Shown here piece after piece: positions 8,466-13,974 of a stretch of 13,974 nt of DNA. Position 1 is the first letter of the stretch, and every line of letters starts with the position of its first letter. Source of the DNA: a virus (Duplodnaviria; Heunggongvirae; Uroviricota; Caudoviricetes); IMG/VR virus record IMGVR_UViG_2531839579_000009; one strand, given 5' to 3'. The notes under the pieces are model-generated. The model was not told the origin of the DNA. It saw only the letters and a program-made list of their open reading frames with translations, and searched no databases. Made by a program: the position numbers and the translations under genes.

Positions 8466-11400
8466 TTTGGGGATTGATGCGGCAGAGTTTAAAAATGAAA
8501 TTCCCCGTATCAAAAACCTTCTGAATGGTGCCGCCAGCGATGCAGAACGGTCTTCTGCCCGTATGCAGCGTTTTATGGAGCGTCAGACTCAGGCCGCCCG
8601 GCAGACAACGCAGGCGGCTTCTTCGGCTGCAACAGCCGCCTCCGTCCATGCGCAGACGGTGGAGAAGAACGCACAGGCTCATGAACGCATGGCCCGCGAG
8701 GTGGAGAAAACCCGCCAGCGCATGGAGGCGCTGAGCCAGAAAATGCGCGATGAACAGGCGCAGGCCATGGCTCTGGCGGAGGCTCAGGATAAAGCGGCTG
8801 CTGCGTTTTATCGTCAGATTGACAGTGTGAAACAGGCCAGTGCGGGGCTGCAGGAATTACAGCGTATTCAGCAGCAGATCCGACAGGCCAGAAACAGTGG
8901 CGGGATTGGTCAGCAGGATTATCTGGCGCTGATTTCTGAGGTTACGGCGAAAACCCGTGTTCTTACACAGGCTGAGGAAGAGGCTACCCGACAGAAAGTG
9001 GCGTTTATCCGTCAGCTTAAAGAGCAGGCAACCCGCCAGAATCTTTCTTCTTCTGAGTTGCTTCGTGCTAAGGCTGCCCAGCTGGGGGTAAGCAGTGCTG
9101 CAGAAGTGTATATCCGCAAAATGGAGCAGGCAGGAAAAGCCACGCATTCGCTGGGTCTGAAAAGTGCAGCGGCCCGTCAGGAGATAGGCGTTCTGATAGG
9201 TGAACTGGCCCGCGGCAATTTAGGTGCGCTGAGGGGATCCGGAATAACGCTGGCTAACCGTGCCGGGTGGATAGACACATTGATGTCACCGAAAGGCATG
9301 ATGCTTGGCGGGGTTATTGGCGGTATTGCCGCGGCTGTCTATGGTCTGGGTAAAGCCTGGTATGACGGTCAGAAGGAGGGGGAAGAATTTAACCGCCAGC
9401 TGTCGCTGACGGGGCATTATGCCGGAGTCACTGCCGGGCAGCTGTGGACGCTCAGTCGTGCTATTTCCGGGAATGGTATCACGCAACATGCTGCAGCCGG
9501 TGCGCTGGCTCAGGTGGTGGGGAGTGGTGCATTTCGTGGAAACGATATCGGTATGGTGGCGAGAGTGCCGCACAGATGGAGCGATCGGTTGGCCAGTCGG
9601 TCAGCGATACCATAAGTCAGTTTAAGCGGCTGAAGGATGATCCTGTAAATGCCGCGAAGGCTCTGGACAATGAGCTGCATTTTCTTACTGCCACTCAGCT
9701 TGAGCAGATACGCGTCCTTGGGGAGCAGGGGCGGTCCAGTGATGCTGCACGGATAGCCATGTCTGCACTGGCAGAGGAAACCGGTCGGCGTACTGCGGAT
9801 ATTGATAATAACCTCAATGCGCTTGGCAGTACGCTGAAGTATCTGTCTGATTTGTGGAGTCGTTTCTGGGATGCGGCCATGAATATTGGTCGTGAAGACT
9901 CGCTGGATGAACAGATTGCCGCTTTACAGGAGAAAGTGTCGCGGGCGAAAAGACTCCCCTGGACGGCATCATCTTCTCAGGTTGAATACGATCAGCAGCG
10001 TCTTAACGATCTTCAGGAGAAAAAACGCCAGAAGGATTTGCAGGATGCAAAAGAGCAGGCAGAGCGGAATTATCAGGAGCAACAGAAACGCCGTAATGCT
10101 GAAAATGCTGCACTGAACCGGATGAATGAAACGGAAGCAGCACGACATCAGCGTGAAATTGCGCGTATTAATGCCATGCAGTACGCCGATCAGGCTGTCA
10201 GGGATGCGGCGATACAACGTGAAAATGAACGTTACGAGAAAGCCCTGGCATCCGGTAAGAAAAAAACACGCGAAACCCGTAATGATGAGGCCACCCGGTT
10301 ATTGCTGCAGTACAGTCAGCAACAGGCACAGGTGGAAGGACAGATTGCTGCTGCAGACAGTCAGCAGGCATTGCCACTGACAGGATGACAGAAGCGCATA
10401 AACAGCTTCTGGCTCTGCAGCAGCGCATCAGCGACCTGGACGGGAAAAAACTGACGGCAGATGAAAAGAGTGTGCTGGCCCGTAAAGATGAACTGATTCA
10501 GGCACTGACGCTGCTGGATGTAAAACAGCAGGAGCTTCAGAAACAGACGGCACTCAACGATCTGAAGAAAAAAACAATTCAGCTGACCAGTCAACTGGCT
10601 GAAGAAGAGCGCGCTCAGCGTCAGCAACATGACCTGGATATCGCCACGGTGGGTATGGGTGATCAGCAGCGGCAGCGATATCAGGTACAACTGAGTCTTC
10701 GCCAGAAATACCAGCAACAGCTGGAGCAGTTGAGGCGGGATAGTGAGCAGAAAGGAACATATAACACGGATGACTACAGAAAGGCCGAGCAGGCGCTGAC
10801 GGAGAGCCTGAACCGACAACTGAATGAGAATCGCCGTTACTGGCAACAGCTTGAAGTTGCTCAGGGTGACTGGAAAAACGGAGTCCTGCGTGCACTCCAG
10901 AATGTCACTGAGGAAGCGGATAACACGGCAGAAACAGCAGAACAGGTGTTCTCGTCAGCCTTCAGCAACATGGGAAATGGCCTGGCAACTTTTGTCACTA
11001 CCGGCAAACTCAATTTCAAATCCTTCACCTCTTCTGTGCTGTCAGATATGGCGAAAATCCTGGCGCAGATAGCTTTAATGAAAGCGGTAAAAGGTATTGC
11101 TTCCGCGCTGCCTTTTGATCTTGTAGCCAATGCTGATGGCGGTGTTTATCAGTCGGCTGATTTGAGTCGCTACAGTGGCACGGTGGTTAACCGTCCGACG
11201 TTTTTTGCTTTTGCAAAAGGCGCGGGTGTGATGGGGGAAGCGGGACCTGAAGCCATTCTGCCATTGCGTCGTGGTGCTGACGGTAAGCTGGGGGTTGTGG
11301 CGGATATTGGGGGTTCAGGTATGGCGATGTTTGCCCCGCAGTACAACATCGAGATCAATAACGATGGCACGAACGGGCAGATAGGTCCGGCTGCCCTGAA

Positions 11401-11491
11401 GGCGGTTTATGACCTCGGGAAAAAAGCGGCAGCGGACTTTATGCAACAGCAGGCCCGTGATGGTGGTCGGTTAAGTGGAGCATATCGGTAA
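8437..11491 (+). pseudogene. H: Tail tape measure protein H (about 1018 aa) with two frame breaks (about 9560 and 10384)
   Basis: Start MDQIANLVIDLGIDAAEFK matches the lambda gpH N-terminus. Three consecutive ORFs (8137..9615, 9444..10388, 10385..11491) in frames 1, 0 and 2 each continue the homology. C-terminus …NNDGTNGQIGPAALKAVYDLGKKAAADFMQQQARDGGRLSGAYR matches the lambda gpH end. Confidence 0.85.
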
Positions 11492-11820
11492 TGGAGACGT
11501 TTCACTGGAAAGTGCGCCCGGATATGAATGTGGTATCAGAGCCGAAAGTGGTGACAGTGAAGCTGGGCGATGGTTATGAACAGCGTCGTGCGGCGGGACT
11601 GAATAACCAGTTGTCGACTTACAGCGTGACGATACGTGTTCGTAAATGTGACCACCCATCTTTAAAAGCCTTTCTGGAACGGCACGGTGGCGTCCGTGCA
11701 TTTCAGTGGACGCCACCTTATGACTGGAAACCGATCAGGGTGGTTTGTCGTAAATGGTCGGCAAGCGTGGGGGCGCTGTGGGTAACCATAACGGCAGATT
11801 TTGAACAGGTCGTGGCATAG
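11491..11820 (+). CDS. M: Minor tail protein M
   Basis: 109 aa. METFHWKVRPDMNV…GDGYEQRRAAGLN…TYSV…FLERHGG…WTPPYDW…FEQVV matches lambda gpM (109 aa) end to end. Start overlaps the H stop (TAATG). Confidence 0.9.
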   Translation: METFHWKVRPDMNVVSEPKVVTVKLGDGYEQRRAAGLNNQLSTYSVTIRVRKCDHPSLKAFLERHGGVRAFQWTPPYDWKPIRVVCRKWSASVGALWVTITADFEQVVA

Positions 11821-11829
11821 GAGGCTCTG

Positions 11830-12495
11830 ATGCAGGATATTCCACAGGAAACACATCATGAGACGACACGCCTCACTCAGTCAGCCCAGGTGGTGCTCTG
11901 GGAAATCGATCTGACAGAGGTCGGTGGTGAACGTTATTTTTTCTGTAATGAGCAGAACGAAAAAGGTGAGCCGGTCACCTGGCAGGGGCGGCAGTATCAG
12001 GCATACCCCATTCAGGGGACGGGATTTGAACTGAACGGAAGGGCAGTGCTCCGCCACCTGACGGTTCTAACCTGACGGATGGTCACCGGGATGGCGGAAG
12101 ACTGCAGAGTCTGGTCGGCGGAACGGTGGTCGGCGTAAGGTTTACGCCCGTTTTCTGGATGCGGTGAACTTCGTCAACGGAAACAGAGCCGATCCGGAGC
12201 AGGAGGTGATCAGCCGCTGGCGCATGAGCAGTGAGCGAACTGAGGCGGTAGTGCCTCTTTGTCTTCCACCCGACGAAACGGATGGGCTGTTTTTCCGGGC
12301 GATCATGCTGGCCAACACCTGCACCTGGACCTATCGCGGGAGAGTGCGGTTATCGGTCCGGCGTCGCGGATGAATATGACCAGCCACGTCCGATATCACG
12401 AAGGATAAATGCAGCAAATGCCTGAGGGCTGTAAGTTTCGCAATAACGTCGGCAACTTTGGCGGCTTCCTTTCCATTAACAAACTTTCGCAGTAA
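11830..12495 (+). pseudogene. L: Minor tail protein L, multiply frame-broken between about 12039 and 12430
   Basis: AGGAGG sits 5 nt upstream. The first 69 aa (MQDI…VVLWEIDLTEVGGERYFFCNEQNEKGEPVTWQGRQYQ…ELNG) are near-identical to lambda gpL. After 12039, exact lambda-like peptides appear in alternating frames, ending in-frame with …GFLSINKLSQ and a stop at 12493-12495. Confidence 0.85.
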
Positions 12496-12499
12496 TCCC

Positions 12500-13226
12500 A
12501 TGACAAGACAGAATCAGCGATTCTGGCGCACGCCCGGCGATGTGCGCCAGCGGAGTCGTGCGGCTTCGTGGTGAGAACGCCGGAGGGGAAAGATATTTTC
12601 CCTGCGTGAATATCTCCGGTGAGCCGGAGGCGTATTTCCGGATGTCGCCGGAGGACTGGCTGCAGGCAGAATGCAGGGTGAGATTGTGGCGCTGGTCCAC
12701 AGCCACCCCGGTGGTCTGCCCTGGCTGAGTGAGGCGACCGGCGGCTGCAGGTGCAGAGTGATTTGCCGTGGTGGCTGGTCTGCCGGGGGCGATTCATAAT
12801 TCCGCTGTGTGCCGCATCTCACCGGGCGGCGCTTTGAGCACGGGGTGACGGACTGTTACACGCTGTTCCGGGAGCTTACATCTGGCGGGATTGAGATGCC
12901 GGATTTTCATCGCGGGGATACTGGTGGCGTCACGGTCAGAATCTCTATCTGGATAATCTGGAGGCCACAGGGCTGTATCAGGTGCCGTTGTCAGCGGCGC
13001 AGCCGGGCGATGTGCTGCTGTGCTGTTTTGGTTCATCGGTGCCGAATCATGCCGCCATTTACTGGGGACGGGAGCTGCTGCACCATATTCCTGAACAACT
13101 GAGAAACGAGAGAGGTATACCGACAAATGGCAGCGACGCACACACTCCCTCTGGCGTCACCGGGATGGCACGCATCTGCCTTTACGGGGATTTCAACGAT
13201 TTGGCCGCCGCATCGACCTTCGGTGA
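12500..13226 (+). pseudogene. K: Tail tip assembly protein K (JAMM/MPN plus NlpC/P60-type domains), multiply frame-broken
   Basis: MTRQNQRFWR… start. Lambda gpK-like peptides (CGFVVR; GGERYFPCVNIS…EAYFRMSPEDWLQAE; EIVALVHSHPGGLPWLSEA; DRRLQVQSDLPWWLVCRG; PHLTGRRFEHGVTDCYTLFR; GIEMPDFHR; NLYLDNLEATGLYQVPLSAAQPGDVLLCCFGSSVPNHAAIY…ELLHHIPEQL) are spread over all three frames. Confidence 0.8.
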
Positions 13227-13764
13227 AAACGGGGCGAAGCCATCCGGGCGCTGGCCATGCAGTCCCGGCGTTTCGTCAGAACTGAGCGACGGCTGGTATC
13301 AGGTACGCATTGCCGGGCGTGATGCAGGTGAAACCGAATTGTCTGCCCGTCTTAATGAGCCGCTGGCAAATGGTGCCGTGATCCAATCGTGCCGCGTCTG
13401 GCGGGAGCTAAAAGTGGCGGTGTGTTTCAGGTGGTGCTGGGGGCGGCGTTGATTGCGGTGGCATGGTGGAACCCTGTGGGCTGGCTGGGTGCCGCGGCTG
13501 TATCGGGCATGTATGCGGCAGGGGCCAGTATGATCCTGGGCGGGTGGCGCAGATGCTGGCACCGAAAGCCAGGACGCCACGGCAGCCAGTACAGATAACG
13601 GCAAACAGAACACCTATTTTTCCTCACTGGATAACATGGTTGCTCAGGGCAATGTTTTGCCTGTTCTGTACGGGGAAATGCGTGTGGGGTCGCGGGTGGT
13701 TTCTCAGGAGATCAGCACGGCAGACGAAGGGGACGGTGGTCAGGTTGTGGTGATTGGTCGCTGA
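13127..13764 (+). pseudogene. I: Tail tip assembly protein I, multiply frame-broken; overlaps the 3' end of K
   Basis: MAATHTLPLASPG start. MARICLYGD, QRFGRRIDLR, VKTG…PAFRQ, LSDGWYQVRIAGRD, AGAKSGGVFQVVLGAA, VAQMLAPKARTPR and DNGKQNTYFSSLDNMVAQGNVLPVLYGEMRVGSRVVSQEISTADEGDGGQVVVIGR match lambda gpI but in alternating frames. Stop at 13762-13764. Confidence 0.8.
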
Positions 13765-13782
13765 TGCAAAATGTTTTATGTG

Positions 13783-13806
13783 AAACCGCCTCCGGGCGGT
13801 TTTATC
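13783..13806 (+). terminator. Hairpin (AAACCGCC-TCCG-GGCGGTTT) followed by a T-run in the I-J intergenic region; terminator-like or attenuating structure
   Basis: 8-bp stem read from the sequence, followed by TTTTATCGTTT. Lies between the I stop (13764) and the J start (13825). Confidence 0.4.
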
Positions 13807-13824
13807 GTTTATGGAGCATGACGA

Positions 13825-13974
13825 ATGGGTAAAGGCAGCAGTAAGGGGCATACCCCGCGCGAAGCAAAGGACAACCTGAAGTCCACGCAGTTGCTGAGTG
13901 TGATCGATGCCATCAGCGAAGGGCCGGTTGAAGGTCCGGTGGATGGATTAAAAAGCGTGCTGCTGAACAGAACG
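13825..13974 (+). CDS. J: Tail tip / host specificity protein J, N-terminal 50 codons only (3'-partial, runs off the window)
   Basis: MGKGSSKGHTPREAKDNLKSTQLLSVIDAISEGPVEGPVDGLKSVLLN is essentially identical to the lambda gpJ N-terminus as I recall it. GGAG sits 8 nt upstream. Confidence 0.9.
   Translation, partial: MGKGSSKGHTPREAKDNLKSTQLLSVIDAISEGPVEGPVDGLKSVLLNRT

Noticed and set aside
10361-10846. 161-aa minus-strand ORF, and similar minus-strand ORFs at 2884..3270, 7228..7623 and 12794..13141
   Set aside because: All are antisense to strongly supported structural genes, leucine- and arginine-rich as expected from antisense translation, with no independent signals.
8437-11491. Possible DNA tandem repeats in the tape measure gene
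   Set aside because: The repetitiveness is at the protein level (Q/A/E/R-rich coiled coil). I did not find exact nucleotide tandem repeats.
6990-13700. Interpreting the frame switches in V, H, L, K and I as programmed recoding events
   Set aside because: They lack slippery heptamers, occur in clusters of up to four within 50 bp, and do not match any known recoding site in these genes. Only the G-T junction has a biological precedent.
1-13974. A hidden novel system (defence island, toxin-antitoxin, moron cargo, CRISPR, tRNA, IS element)
   Set aside because: Every stretch longer than about 60 bp is accounted for by a structural gene in conserved lambda order on one strand. No direct-repeat arrays, no tRNA-like structures, no inverted-repeat-flanked insertions.

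Overview
The window is one strand-consistent (+) block of a lambdoid prophage late/morphogenesis operon, colinear with phage lambda: terminase large subunit (3' part) - gpW-like head-tail joining protein - portal - fused ClpP-type prohead protease/major capsid protein - DUF2190-like small head protein - gpFII-like - gpZ - gpU - gpV - gpG / G-T - tape measure gpH - gpM - gpL - gpK - gpI - start of gpJ. Assignments rest on my own reading of the translations against remembered lambda proteins; no database search was run. The tail half (Z to J) is very close to lambda at the protein level, whereas the head half (portal, protease-capsid fusion, DUF2190) is a non-lambda head module, so the block is mosaic. 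I see no cargo or moron gene, defence system, tRNA, CRISPR array or IS element; intergenic gaps are 60 bp or less and are explained by terminator-like hairpins and ribosome-binding sites. The most striking observation is technical or decay-related: homologous protein segments hop between reading frames in tight clusters (terminase 5' part, portal, U, V, T, H, and very densely L, K and I), almost always as if single bases were missing, often in short homopolymer runs, while several kb in between are perfectly intact. This looks more like uncorrected indel errors than a novel system, but a decaying prophage cannot be excluded from sequence alone. I do not find evidence for a previously undescribed biological system here.
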